NCBI GenBank assembly: GCA_951406725.2
Contig: OX597818.1
Coordinates: 75,454,001 to 75,518,000 of the forward strand
Length of the DNA: 64,000 bases
Direction of reading: 5' to 3'
From: Octopus vulgaris
Lineage: Eukaryota
Shown: piece after piece, positions 43,663 through 56,929 of the stretch
Layout of the letters: every line of letters begins with the position of its first letter
Numbering within the stretch: the first letter of the stretch is position 1
Notes under the pieces: model-generated
Databases searched by the model: none
What the model was told of the DNA's origin: nothing
Seen by the model: only the letters and a program-made list of their open reading frames with translations
Position numbers and translations under genes: made by a program

Positions 43663-44444
43663 GTGGAGGCGCGTGGCTTAGTGGTTAGGGTGTCAGCATC
43701 ATGATCGTGGTTTCGATTCCTGGACCGGGCGACGCGTTGTGTTCTTGAGCAAAACACTTCATTTCACGTTGCTCCAGTCCGCTCAGCTGGCAAAAATGAG
43801 TAACGCTGCGATGGACTGGGGAACACATCCGCCATAGAAACCGGGAAATCGGGACCATGAGCCTGGCTAGGCTTTTAAAAGGGCGCATTTAGTTTGTGGA
43901 GGCACATGGCCTAGTGGTTAGAGCAGCGGACTCGCGATCAAGGAATCGCGGGATCGAATCTCAGGCCGGGCGATGTGTGTGTTTATGAGCGAAACACCTA
44001 AGCTCCACGCGGCTCCGGCAGATGGTAATGGCGAACTTAAGGCGGTGAGCTGGCAGAAACGTTAGCACGCCGGGTGAAATGCTTAGCGGTATTTCGTCTG
44101 CGTTACACTCTGAGTTCAAATTCCGCCGAGGTCGACTTTGCCTTTCATCCTTTCGGGGTCGATAAATTAAGTACCAGTTACGCACTGGGGTCGATGTAAT
44201 CGACTTAATACCTATGTCTGTCCTTGTTTGTCCCCTCTGTGTTTAGCCCCTTGTGGGTAATAAAGAAATAGGTAATGGCGAACTTCTGCTGACTCTTTCG
44301 CTACAACTTTCTCTCACCCTTTCCTCCTGCCTCTTGTAGCTCATCTGCGACAGACCGGCGTCCCGTCCAGGTGGGGAACCTATACGCCAAGGAAACCGGG
44401 AAACCGGCCATTATGAGCCAGGCATGGCTCGAGAAGGAACAAAC
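43663..44444 (+). mobile_element. Head-to-tail pair of family C SINEs (43663-~43890 and ~43895-44444) within one 14-bp TSD
   Basis: AACATCTCACAGTT (43649-43662) and AACATCTGACAGTT (44445-44458). Both units start GTGGAGGC(G/A)C(G/A)TGGC(T/C)TAGTGGTTAG. Confidence 0.85.
44039..44270 (+). mobile_element. Young SINE family B nested in a family C SINE
   Basis: Perfect 15-bp TSD GGTAATGGCGAACTT at 44024-44038 and 44271-44285. Confidence 0.95.
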
Positions 44445-45494
44445 AACATCTGACAGTTCAATGAAGACTTTAGCATCGGGGTGTTATCACGTATCTTCTG
44501 AAAGAAGCTTTAACCCACAGGGACGCTGACATGGTTGCTATATTACAGGATGATGCTCCAGCATCTTGAAAATGACCCAATGTCTGGACGTCCCACAGCT
44601 TTCATCATCGAGGAAAATACCGATCGTGTTCACCACATGTTGATGGATAACAGGCGACTGACTATAAATCGAATAGCCAATGTTATTAGCATATCCTGTG
44701 AGAGAGTTGAGAATATTCTGCACAAGGAACTTGGTATGACGAAGGTTCATGCTCGATGGGTGCCACGTTCTCTGACACCTGATAAATGCACCAAGTTGGT
44801 CACATAACGGGAAAATCTGACATTGCTTGGGGCAGATCCTAACCCGTGGTGGGTATTAGGTTCACCACTTTTAGCCAGAGACAAGCCATGCAGTGGAAAT
44901 ACTCCTCTTCACCTGCTCGAAAGAAAACCAAGGTCGTTTCATCTGCAGGGAAGTTGATGGCCTTAGTCATTTGGTATGCAAAAGGCATTGTATTTATTGA
45001 CTATCTTCAAAAGGGCCACATCATCAATGGAATGCACTATGCCAACATGCTGAGGTATTTACCAAATGCCTGCAAAACTGACGAAATGGGTCTTCTTTCA
45101 TCAAGACAAGGCTCCAGCACAAATGTCTTTAGTTTCAATGGCTTCTATGCACGGTTGTAGCTTTGAACTATATGATCACCATCCCTATTCTCTTGATCTG
45201 GCCCTGATCTAGTGTACAATCATTTGTACACTAACATAAAAAAACACTTGGCTGGGAACCAGTATCGCAGTGATGATGACGTCGTATCTACTGCCGATAA
45301 CTTTTTTGGCCGACAGGACGAAAGCTTCTTCACCGATGGGCTCCAAACACTGGAACATCAATGGAAAATGTGTGTTGACTGCAAGTGGGGTCTATGTTGA
45401 AAAATAAACCTCATTTATCACATTTCATCTTTTCAATTGACCCTCGTATTTATTGCATGACCAACCTCAAAAGTCACCGCACGCCACTGATATA

Positions 45495-45536
<42 letters not shown>

Positions 45537-45680
45537 CGTATGTATGTATGTACGTATGTATGTATGTATGTATATGTGTAAGTATGTATAAAGGGAGAGA
45601 AAGCGGCGGAATAGGAGATAAATATGCACAAATCCGAAAAAGGAATTACTCTCTAAGTTATAGAGCAGTATATAATAAAC

Positions 45681-45785
45681 TTAGATAAGGCCGGTTTATG
45701 GAATCACCTTAGGTTTCACTTCCATAAAACTAAGCCCTTTATGGACGTGAAACCTTAGGTAATCCCGTAAACCGGCCTTATCTAA
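45681..45785. repeat. 105-bp hairpin (mini fold-back) abutting (TA)n
   Basis: 48-bp arms TTAGATAAGGCCGGTTTA...TCCATAAA and TTTATGGA...TAAACCGGCCTTATCTAA, about 5 mismatches, 9-nt loop. Confidence 0.85.
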
Positions 45786-45786
45786 C

Positions 45787-45850
<64 letters not shown>

Positions 45851-46039
45851 AATTTGAGAAGAGAAGAGTGGTTGTTTTACGTTTCAAACATAGCTCTTCT
45901 TCGGAAACAGCTGACATAGGAAAGTCCAAGAGGAAAGGAAGAAGGAAGAAAAAATCGCCAACAATGCACGTGTAGGTACATTTTGGAAAAATATATATAT
46001 AATAATGGCTAAAGATTTTACCCGAGTCATATAGACTGA

Positions 46040-46245
46040 CTCAAAGGGAAGGTTTCCTGGTTCCGTAGAGCATACATTCCCAACCAGTACGGGACGCCGG
46101 TTCGGCACAGGATTACTCATAATTGCCTGCGGATTGGAGCAACGTGAATCAAGTGTTTTGCTCAAGAACGTTACACGTCGCCCGGTCGAGGAATGGAAAC
46201 TACAATCTTAGTATTCATGAATCCAACACCCTAGCCAATGCGCCA
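46040..46245 (-). mobile_element. Family C-like SINE, diverged
   Basis: Minus-strand head GCGCATTGGCTAGGGTGTTGGATTCATG..GTTTCCATTCCTCGACCGGGCG..TTCTTGAGCAAAACACTT. Confidence 0.65.
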
Positions 46246-46570
46246 AGCGCCTCCGCTTGTGTGCGAGCGTGTGTGTGTGTATGTGTGTATTTGTGTGTGT
46301 GTAAAGAGAGAGAATGAGAGAGAGAGAGCTATACTTATTTATATGTATGTATGTATGCATGCATGTATGTACGTATGTACGGATTACGTATGCATGTATA
46401 TATGTATGTGTATGCATGTATGTATATATGTGTGTGTGTGTGCATATATATGTATACACATATGCGTATATATATATATTTGTTTATGTATGTGCATATA
46501 TATACATATGTATATATATATGTTTATGAATGTACATATATATATTCATATATATACATATATATACGTA

Positions 46571-46742
<172 letters not shown>

Positions 46743-47283
46743 CGTATATATTTCAACCATGACTATGTGTGTCTGTATTTTATAACCAGCTTTTACAGAT
46801 CTCACTGCAACATACGTCAATAAGATAATAGATAAACAAAACAAAACAAAAACAATAATAAAAAATAAGATAAAACGTATAAAATCAAACAAATGAAACG
46901 TAAAAACGTCTTGTGCTGACCTAGCTTAGAAGGAATGGTCTAATAAGAAACAAGATTCTATCATGGACATGGAATTCTTTGTAAGCCCTCAATCTGTCTG
47001 GAAGTAGAGAGGAATGTTATTTTTTGCCTGTTTGTCATTTAATCAATATGATCAGGACTTGCATCATGTCCGCTGAAAGTAGTAAAGTAATCACAAGACG
47101 ACAGACCGTCCACAATGGCTTACTGAGGTGGTTTATTAATTCTATTCACGGTCAACTTATAGCAGTAGTGGAGATTTCTATCACCTGTGATCAATATGTG
47201 GAGTGGACTTAAGTGTGTGTGCGTATGTGTGTCTGCCTGTGCATGTACGTTTATGTATGTGTGTGCATGTGTGTATGTGTATA

Positions 47284-47325
<42 letters not shown>

Positions 47326-47518
47326 ATATATGCATATGTATGTATACATACATGAATTTGTGTATATGCGTGTGTGTGTGTGTAGTTATCCATATATATA
47401 TACATGTATATAAATATATAGAGAGTATTTTATACATATGTAAATATATATGTGTGTGTGTATGTATGCATATATATATACGTGTGTGTGTTTATGTATG
47501 CATATATATATGTATATA

Positions 47519-47565
<47 letters not shown>

Positions 47566-47569
<4 letters not shown>

Positions 47570-49260
47570 AAATATTAGGGAATAAATCCAAACTTACAGG
47601 GAAAAATCAGGTTTAGGATTGAATCCAATTTTATAGTAAAATATTATATTATATTAAATTAGAGATAAAACCACTATTAGGCAAATCAAACAATGAAAAA
47701 CTTAAGCCAATACATAAAATTAATTAATTTAGATTATTTTAAATATATATCAAAAGTATTAAAAGTTTAATAAAAGATAATGAGTAAAACACTACGATCG
47801 TTTCATGGTTGTCCAATTCGTAATAATTCGAGTTATGGTTACAGTCAATCTTCAGGTAATTGAAATATCTAAAATATAATCAGAAATATTTAAACAATAT
47901 TTTTAAGATATAAATAATATAATAATTTTACTTATAATAAACTCTATTATCAAACTAGAAACATAGAACTTAACAATTATGATTATATCAAAATTGACTA
48001 TAATGTTAAATATTAATTTTAATTTATAAGGTAAGAAACCCACCCATAATCTAATATCGGTATTAGTCTATATCTAATTACATAAATATTTAAAAATGAC
48101 TAATATATATAAATTATCAATGAAAATATATAAATGTATATAAATATTATAACTAAGATCTAAAATAATCTCTATAAATAAATGTATATGCACATATAAT
48201 AAAAACCTAATAAATTTAATTTTTCATATTTAAAGATGAAATAGCTAATTTCAAAATACAAATAAACAAACTCAAACAAACTTTCGGAAATCTTATGTAA
48301 AATACTTATAGAAATAATCAATTTGTAGTAATATAGTATCGAATAAATACTATAAATACTATAAATATAATTATCAATGGGAATAACTAGCGAATATCAA
48401 TTTAAAGAAATAACTAAGTTACGCTATTAAATTAGACAAGGCCTGGACCAATCTTTAGTCGAAACATATCTAAGTTTATCAAAGTTTATCTAATTTAATT
48501 ATAAATTTAAAACTACAATTAATACTATTAAAACATGTATATACAAAAGCCTAACTTAATACACCTCGTATGCTTGTTATCAAATAACAAATCTATCGCT
48601 AAGTAGTATCTTACGAATAAACTTAACTTAAATTTAATATCTAATAAGATAGAAAATTACGATAATTAGATCATTACATAAACAACGATATTTACATAAG
48701 GAGAATATTATTACTCCAAATACTTATACAATATTAAAATTTACAATTTGAAGATCTTAAATAAATACATACTTATCTTAGCGAGGTTTAGCAATGAACT
48801 AAAATTTTGAATCGGAAAACGTCTTTACAGCGTTTATAAGAATACTCGTGGAATTACGTTATTAGCAAAAAAAAGAATAAATTGTTGAAGAATTCATTAC
48901 GCGTGAGGAACCTACGTTTTATTAATGATTGTGAATGGGAAAATTATTTGTTTATCATTGTAAATAGAATGAAGTCACAAATAAAGAATAAAATCTCTCT
49001 ATACTATAATATTTATTAATAAAATAACTATGATAAATGAAACTTAATACAAAATAAATTAAATGATTTAAATGATTAAAAACCACTAATTATTAAATAT
49101 ATTCTAAAAAATCTTATAAGATTAATAAATATATAAAAATTTATTTATATAGTAACCCCTCAACATACTATAAAGTCTTTCCCATGCCCTTATAATTATA
49201 AGCTAAAATTAGTGATCATAACCAAATCTATAAATACTTATCAAAATTTGTAGTATAACT
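47566..49260. other. Very AT-rich ~1.7-kb non-microsatellite block between TA/CA tracts, with a hammerhead-like motif near its left end
   Basis: No ORFs. Minus strand 47790-47862 reads AUUAC-CUGAAGA-(long stem II)-GAAACGAUC^-GUAGU. Confidence 0.5.
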
Positions 49261-49887
49261 ATACATACGTATACATAAATATATAAAAAATATACATACA
49301 TATACATATATATATGCATATATATATATACATATATATATACATATATATACATATACATATACATACACATATACACATACATACACACATACATACA
49401 TATACATATATACACACACATACACACATACACATATGTACACTCATACATACATGTACATACATACAATACTCAATATATACACTTACACCTATATATA
49501 CACACCCACACACATACCCATAAATAAATGTATATACATATACATATATATACACACACATCATCATCATACATACATATATACATACACACACAACCAC
49601 ATATATCATATAATAAATACATATATAAATGTCTATAATCATACTACAATACAAAATAAAGGTAAATATTAAGTTAAATCTAAATAATTAATCTACTAAT
49701 CTATACTTCTATATTAAATAAAATAGATTAAATAAACAACTAAATAAATATATTTCAAATATAAAGAGATTACATACAAATAGATTAATATAACAAAAAT
49801 TATAATTTAACGAAGTTATAACATATATATATATATGAATATATACATATATATATATGTGTGTGTGTATGTATATATATACATATG

Positions 49888-49931
<44 letters not shown>

Positions 49932-50374
49932 TATATACATATATATATATGCATACATACGCGTATATATATAAGTATATATTGATGTATGTGTGAAAAT
50001 GGTTGTATTTATATTTATGTCAATGCGTGTGCGTGTGTTGTATGCGTGTGTGAATGTGTGCATGTGTCGTGTGTGTGTGTGCGTGAGTGTGTGTGTGTAT
50101 CTGAGTGCGTGTGTGTGAAATGCACTTGTATTTACCTGAACAAAGGCCTCCATATATGACATAGAAACATTTTAAATAATAAAATGTTTAGCAGCCATTC
50201 CAAAGTTTCACCAAAATATGTTTTTTTCAAACTCTGTAAAATATTTGAAATTGGACATATAAATAAATGTAAATGGTTTGGAATGTGGAATGGTTTTCGT
50301 GGAAATCGGAGGGGCTTAATAAGTGTAAGAAAATGAAAATACCAACAAATAGATATACCTGGAATTTGATGGTA

Positions 50375-51954
50375 CAGTAGAACCTTGTAGTACGAGTGCA
50401 CCATTGTGCGAGTAATTTGCTGCTTGAGTGAAAATTGCAGTACAAGCGAGTCTCATACACGCGACCGCTTGTGAGCGTTGAGCTCGCACACACTCTCCCA
50501 ACAAGCGCAGCCTCCGCTCGTTCAGTTCACGTGTTCATCTTGTGGCAACATTCCTGTTGTGTTTTTTCCAGTGTTTTTGTTTTTTTAATTTTTGCGTTTT
50601 TTTTTGTTTTGTTTTTTGCTATTATTTTATAATAATTAGTTGTGTTAGCCATTATTTGTCCTAAGAATGTTAGGACAGTGCTGAGAAGAAAAAGCTGATT
50701 ACGATAGAATTGAAGAAGAAAATTATTGAGAGAGGAGTGCATGTAGTGGACATAGCACGTCAATACGACCAAAGCACATCGACGCTCTGCACCTCCTGAA
50801 GAAAAAGGACGAGATCAAGGCCGTGACAACAGCAAAGTATCTACAGGTTGTGCAGCTGCTTTATTTAATGACACTGCTCTGGCGCATTTTCGTAACATTT
50901 TCAAAGGCAGGGAAAATGTATTGGGTTGTCCGGAAAGTTCGTGTCGATTTATAGTAGCCTACATTTCGACTTATTTTAGAACATGGTTGAGTCCATAAAA
51001 TAGGATTTGACTATACCTCCATTTAGAGCACAGTTTAAGCTATCTTTTCGTAGAAGATTTATGTTTCTACAACCTGTGTTAATTCTGTAACCCTTTAAAA
51101 TGGAAGATAAGAAAGTTCATTTTCGGCACTTGATGATTTGGGAACCAGAAAAAAATTGTTGCAGCCCGGCTGAGATGTGTTACCCCACCCTCCATAATCA
51201 TCAGATATTGTTCCTTTGGATTTCCACTTATTCAGGTCTTTGTAGAATAGTCTTAAAGGTAAAAATTTCAATTCCTTGGATGGCGTAAAAAGATACCTTG
51301 ATGAATTCTTTGTCATGAAACCACTTCAATTCTGGGAAGAGAATATTTTCGAGTTAATGGAAATATGGAGACGTATTGTGCAACAAAATGGTTCATATTT
51401 GGTTGATTAAAAATGTAATGGCAAGTATTTATTGACCTTTTTCGTTCCTTTAAAAATCGGCACGAACTTTCCGGACAACCCAATAACTTCTCGATATATG
51501 TTTCTAATGAAACGATCTGCAAGTGTGAAAAATGAAGAAAGTGTGTCCAAAAAGCCTAAATTTAGCGAAGTGGGAGAGAAAACGCTAAAAATTGTTCTTC
51601 CTCGAGTGTTAATGGAAGGAGATTCTCCTTCCAAACAATACTTCTCCATCTCCCTGCTCCATCGTCTTCCTTGCGCACAATTAGTCCCATCTTTAAGGTA
51701 ATTAGATTAATAAAACCAGTTTATATACTTTGCATTTTCTTTTATCATGTTTTTATAATTGTCATTTTCCTTGTTACCGCACCTTTTCTATTTTAAAACC
51801 CATAAAAAATTAAATTTGGGTGTTTCTTTGGGGCTGGAATGAATTAATTATATTTTAATTAATTTCAATGGGGAAATTTGATTGATTAATCGCGTAAATC
51901 GTAAAATGAGCTCGGTCATGGAACGAACTAAACTCGAACTGCGAGGTATCACTG
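50375..51954 (+). mobile_element. Internally deleted Tigger/pogo element
   Basis: TA TSDs. Imperfect TIRs CAGTAGAACCTTGTAGTACGAGT versus reverse-complemented CAGTGATACCTCGCAGTTCGAGT. CENP-B/psq-type HTH (ITIELKKKII..GVHVVDIARQYDQSTSTL) is joined to the C-terminal LFNDTALAHFRNIFKGR. Confidence 0.85.
50921..51483 (+). mobile_element. Non-autonomous mariner deletion derivative (563 bp), nested in the Tigger element
   Basis: TA-TTGGGTTGTCCGGAAAGTTCGTG ... CACGAACTTTCCGGACAACCCAA-TA. MEDKKVHFRHLM is fused directly to the C-terminal VLPHPP.S.DI.P.DFHLFRSL region. Confidence 0.95.
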
Positions 51955-52613
51955 TATTTAGATTTTGGTTCCAAACGAAGTATATGATACCAAACAGAGG
52001 GTCAAGGTAGTTGCGAGAAATAATGTATATGTATTAGTGGAAAAGATGTACGTGTTTAAAAGGTATAGTACAGCATATACTGTTTTAGTGTTTGGAAGAT
52101 TACAGCGTTATTAAAAATTTGAATAAAGATGTATAAGGATGTCAATTAAAATTAAATTTGTGACGAAGGTTAAAGGTGACGAAGGATAATTTTAGCTAAT
52201 TGGCAATATATTATTTCAAAGATAAATGGTATGGGGAGTTTAGTCGTATAAAAGATAAATAACTAATTAAAACTGTTTTATAGAAATTCATTGATAGTAC
52301 TACCATACTTTTCGACATATAAGTCGAATTTTTCTTACTAAAATTTACAGCCAAATAAAGTAGGTTGACTAATAACCCAAGACAACTTCGGAGGACCAAA
52401 AATTCCAAGTGAAATGCAACAGGATTTGGAAAGCGAGTGTTTACATTGCCACTACATACTACGTCGGCTTGTATGCTGGAGAATACGAGTAAATTAAAAT
52501 AGCTAACTGATATATTGTATTGTTAAGATATTATTTTAATCTTGAATAAGGTTTAGATGACTAAGCAGCTAACCTAAACAAATAGTGCTTTCTATTAATA
52601 TTAATGGTTAAGG

Positions 52614-53161
52614 TATTACGTTCTGAGTTCAAATCTCTCCGCGGTCGACTTTGTCTTTCATCCTTTTGGGGTCGATAAAAATAAGTACCAATTGAACACT
52701 GGAGTAAATGTAATCGACTTCCGTCCTTCCCCGAAATTACTGGCCTTGTGCCAAAATTTAAAACCAATATTATTGGTTAAGGTAAGGCGGCGAGCTGACA
52801 GAATCGTTAGTATGCTGGGCAAAATGCTTAGCGGCATTTCATCCGTCTTTACGTTCTGAGTTGAAATTCCGCCGAGGTCGACTTTGTCTGTTATCCTTTC
52901 GGAGTTGATAAAGTAAGGGCCAGTTGAATACTGGGATCGATTTAATCGAGTTATCCCCTTCCCTCGAAATTGCTGGCCTTGTGCCAAAATTTGATATCGG
53001 TATTAATGGTTGAGTTCAAATTCCGCCGTGGTCGACTTTGCTTTTCATCCATTTGTGGTCGATAAAATAAGTACCAGCTGAACAGGATCGATGTAATTGA
53101 CTTCTCCGCCAACCCCACCCCACCCCACGAAATTACTGGCCTTGTACCAAAATTTGAAACT
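52614..53161 (+). mobile_element. Three head-to-tail family B SINEs separated by copies of one flanking motif
   Basis: AATATTAATGGTTAAG-like sequence at 52597, 52766, 53001 and 53162. Confidence 0.85.
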
Positions 53162-53593
53162 AATATTAATGGTTAAGCTTAATTTAAGATTCTGAATACC
53201 AAACGGGTCAAGGAAAGATAATTTTTTTTATATTTCCTGTCTGCCAATAAACCAGTAAAAGCCTTCATATGACTGCGGAAATTACATCTTAATAATTAAC
53301 TGCAGTTAATTAAAAGGCCTAGCAATGTATTTAAAAATGTAGTTCAATCAAAGTCATGATGGGTCAAGGCTGCTATAGCCGTAGAAAGGAGTATAAAACA
53401 TCAGATGAAGCGGGTTATACAGCTAAAAAATAATGGCATAACCGAAAAATATTTGAACAATTACAATATTCGTTGGAAATATAGTGTAACGGTATGTTAC
53501 TTAGGAAAATATAAAAATGAAGGCAGGGTACCCAATGAATAGATGTAACGCTTTGCATACTGGTCGATGACAACAGAAGAAAAGGTACAAACT

Positions 53594-53688
<95 letters not shown>

Positions 53689-53734
53689 CGTTTATACTGT
53701 ATGGTTATGCTGTATTTTGCTTTTTGCTTCAGTA

Positions 53735-54400
53735 TGTAACTTACCTTATTGTGCTGGTTCTATAGACAATATTTTATCGTTGCAACCACTTCTCCTTAAT
53801 GCTGTACTATAGTATGAAGCAGTTTTATTGAATACATTCTTTTCTGATGATTGGTTGGGCATGCGTTCACTGATAATACCTGTTATGTACTTAATAAATG
53901 TAAACGAGTGGGTAAAGGATTTTATTAATATATATAGTTCCTTCATTTGGCTAATGTATAGCTAGTATTCACCTGCGTATAGCTTTAATGTTATATCTAA
54001 GAAGTTTACTATTTGGGTTAGTGTTTACCGTAATTACTGGATTAAATTCTGACAATACTAGCCATCGTTTTAGATTTTTTTATTTTTTTGTTGTTATCTT
54101 TTCTTTGTTTTTCCCTGTCATGTTTGTTCATATATTATTGTATGAGGTGAGTCTGCCAAATTTGTATAATTCTGAAAGTATTTTACTCTTTTTTTTTTTC
54201 AATGTGCGTAGTATAAATAGACCGACATAATCCGATATTTTCGCCTCCTCATTGCTGCCCATAAATACATCAGAAAGCTCGTCTCCATATTTCTTAACCA
54301 AAAAGGAATTATTGTAAATTAACAAAGGTTTTCTTGTAACCATTATTATGTTCATATCTACAACGCTGATGGTGGTGTACAATTTACCGAAATCTGGTAA
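53735..54400 (-). pseudogene. Penelope-like reverse transcriptase relic
   Basis: DFGKLYTTIS, RKPLL..KK..SDVFMGSNEEAKISDYVGLFIL, ITVNTN, YILIKSFTH..ISER..SSEKNVFN..YSTALRRSG. These parallel PLE RT and thumb motifs (D..MGS.DGAE..D.VGL.IL). Confidence 0.75.
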
Positions 54401-54534
54401 TGAAGTTACAATCAATATTTAGCTTGATGTGTGTACAGTCTGAGGTAAAGCACTGAAATGAGTCTTTGTGTGTGTTTGTAGTTTGTTCTGCTTAGTTTGG
54501 AGAGATTGAGATCTATGCAGAGATGACAACATAT

Positions 54535-55000
54535 TTGATGTCAAGAATGACGACGTAACTGAACTTGGCACGAGACGAGGCGATGCAAGTTGTTGCAGAG
54601 CAAAATAAGCCGAGGCAGAGTAAGACAGCAAGTCGGGACTGGGCAGGACGGAGCGAGGTACGGCAGAGCGCTGTGAGGTTGATAGAGTCGAATGAAGATG
54701 AAGCGAGTTGAAGCGTAACAGAGTGAGGTGTAGTCGGTGGGACGAAACGGGGTGAAGACTGACCAGACAGTCGAATCAAAATTGTCTGAATGAAGTCAAG
54801 TGGGAGAGGTAGATGAAGTGAAGTGAGACGAGATGGGGCGAGACGAAGTAATGTGAGGTGTGACTAAGCAAGGTAGAGCGAAGTCGATGAGGTGAGGTAG
54901 AACGAGGTGTTAAGAGATGAGACGGGGTTATGTGAGGCACGGCAGTGTGAAGTGAGATAGGACGAGGTGATGCAAAGTTAAACAGTACAAGATGACGTAG
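54535..55000 (+). repeat. Degenerate pentanucleotide tandem repeat (units like ACGAG/GTGAG/TGAAG)
   Basis: 5-bp periodic GAG/AAG spacing over ~450 bp. Confidence 0.7.
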
Positions 55001-55002
55001 AA

Positions 55003-55811
55003 CAATGGTTCTCAACTGGGGGCCATATGGTCCTTGGGGATCTATATGAGATTTTTTGTTAAAGTTTATGATCAATATATTGGTTATACTTCTACAATAC
55101 GCTAAATATTTTAGCAATTTTTTATGCAATTCCTAATAATATTGGGTTGTTAAGAAAGTTCGTGCCGATTTTTAAAGGAAAGAAAAAGGTCAATAAATAC
55201 TTGCCATTACATTTTTAATCAACCAAATATGAACCATTTTGTTGCACCATGCGTCTCCATCTTTCCTTAAACTCGAAAATACCCTCTTCCCAGAATTGAG
55301 GTAGTTTCATGGCAAAGAATTCATCAGGGTATCTTTTTACGTCATCCAAGGAATCTAATTTTTTATCATTAAGACTATTCTGCAGAGACCTGAATAAGTG
55401 GAAATCCAAAAGAGCTATCACTGGTGAATATGGAGGGTGGGGTAACACATCCCAGCCGAGCTGCAACAATTTTTGTCTGGTTCCCAAATCATCAAGTGTC
55501 GAAAATGAACTTTCTTATCTTCCATTTTAAAGGGTTACAGAATTAACACAGGTTATAGGAACATAAACCTTCTTCCACTAAAAGATAGCTTAAGCTGTGC
55601 TCTAAATGGAAGTGTAGTCAAATCCCATTTTATGGACTCGGCCATGTTCTAAAATAAGTCGAAATGTAAGCTACTATAAATCGGCACAAAATTTCCGGAC
55701 AACCTAATATCTAATTACAAAAATATAACAGGACTTTTTTTTAACATGGGGTCCAGTAGAGTAAAATAGGAATCAAAGGGCTCCATAGTAAAAGGTGGTT
55801 GTAGACCACTG
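55003..55811 (+). mobile_element. hAT (Charlie/Buster-like) MITE hosting a mariner MITE
   Basis: TIRs CAATGGTTCTCAAC and GTTGTAGACCACTG. 8-bp flanks ACGTAGAA and CTGTAGAA with central TA. Confidence 0.75.
55142..55707 (-). mobile_element. Second copy of the mariner deletion derivative (566 bp), inverted relative to 50921
   Basis: TA-flanked TIRs. Same deletion junction. ORF QKLLQLGWDVLPHPPYSP..DFHLFRSLQNSL..RWRRMVQQNGSYLVD. Confidence 0.95.
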
Positions 55812-56929
55812 CTGTAGAATGAAGCAAAATAAGACAAAATAACCAACAAATATAACTCAGAAATGTAAGGAATTAGGTGTCTGTTTGCAATCTTGAACTC
55901 AATTCCTACTTTTCAGCTTGAAGAAATATAAAAGGGAAAAGAAAATAAACTTCAGTATTATTATGATAAAGGAGAAATGCTGAAATAGAAAAAAGGAGAC
56001 CATACTTTATGTTCTAGTATTGAATAATTTGTTTGGTTGGCAACGTCGTTCCAAGACGGCACAAAATAATGAAGAACATTGTGAGACTGACGGTAAAGGA
56101 TTTTATTTATTGATGTGACTGATTTATTAATATGCGAACTCTATGGTCATAGTTTAAAGGTAGAGACGAATAAAAGACCGGACGTATTGGAATCGGTCAG
56201 TAATTTAGATTCCGTCCAGTAATGGACTTTGTAAGCATTCACGCTTGGTTAAAATTCTATTAATTTCGTCCATCGATAATCTTAGTCGGAATTGATAGCA
56301 TATGTGATTAATGAAATCAAATTAATGATGTCTATATAAGTAATCAATTATTAATTTTTATATTCTTATGTCGTCCTGAACATGTGTGTTTGCGTGTATA
56401 TAAATAATCTATGTGTGTGTATACATGCATACATACATGCATGCATACATTCTTAGTTATATATATATATATATATATATAAAATTTTTTAGTTACACAG
56501 TTGGAATTTTCATAAGATCCAAGCCGTAATTGTTAACTAACTACTTTCGGAAATAGTGATCGTAACCGTCGTTGCCTACAACAAGGAAACAGAAAAAACA
56601 AACTTTGAATGTCGTAGCATCATATCACTTCGACGGCGTCTACAAATACCAATTGTGGAAGTGTATCCATTGATTAATTCTTAATCAATGAAGAAAAACA
56701 ATATCATGGGTGTTGAAAATGAGACCATTAGAAAGAATTCTCTTAAGACCAAATATACACACCCAGAGACGTTGCACAACTCTACTGCAACTGGTCCTTA
56801 GATGAAAGGGTTTTCTGCCTTTAAGTAGGTCGTGCGCGAATATGTTGTCAAAAATTTCGAAGTGACTGTAACATAGATAACCGGAGTTTGGTTTAGAATT
56901 GATGGTCAATAACTGCTAGTTAAAGACAT

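Larger units (their letters stand above)
43533..45446 (+). mobile_element. Older mariner (irritans-like) interrupted by SINEs; transposase decayed
   Basis: TA-CGAGGGTGGGTTGAAA ... TTTCAATTGACCCTCG-TA. Fragments DPMSGRP, NRRLT, ARWVPRSLT, MQWK..SAGKLMA.V.W..KGIVFIDYL.KG, HHPYSLDLA, WKMCVD. Confidence 0.9.

Noticed and set aside
52597-53177. CRISPR-like repeat-spacer array
   Set aside because: The spacers are homologous SINE copies of 150-210 bp, the context is eukaryotic, and there are no cas genes.
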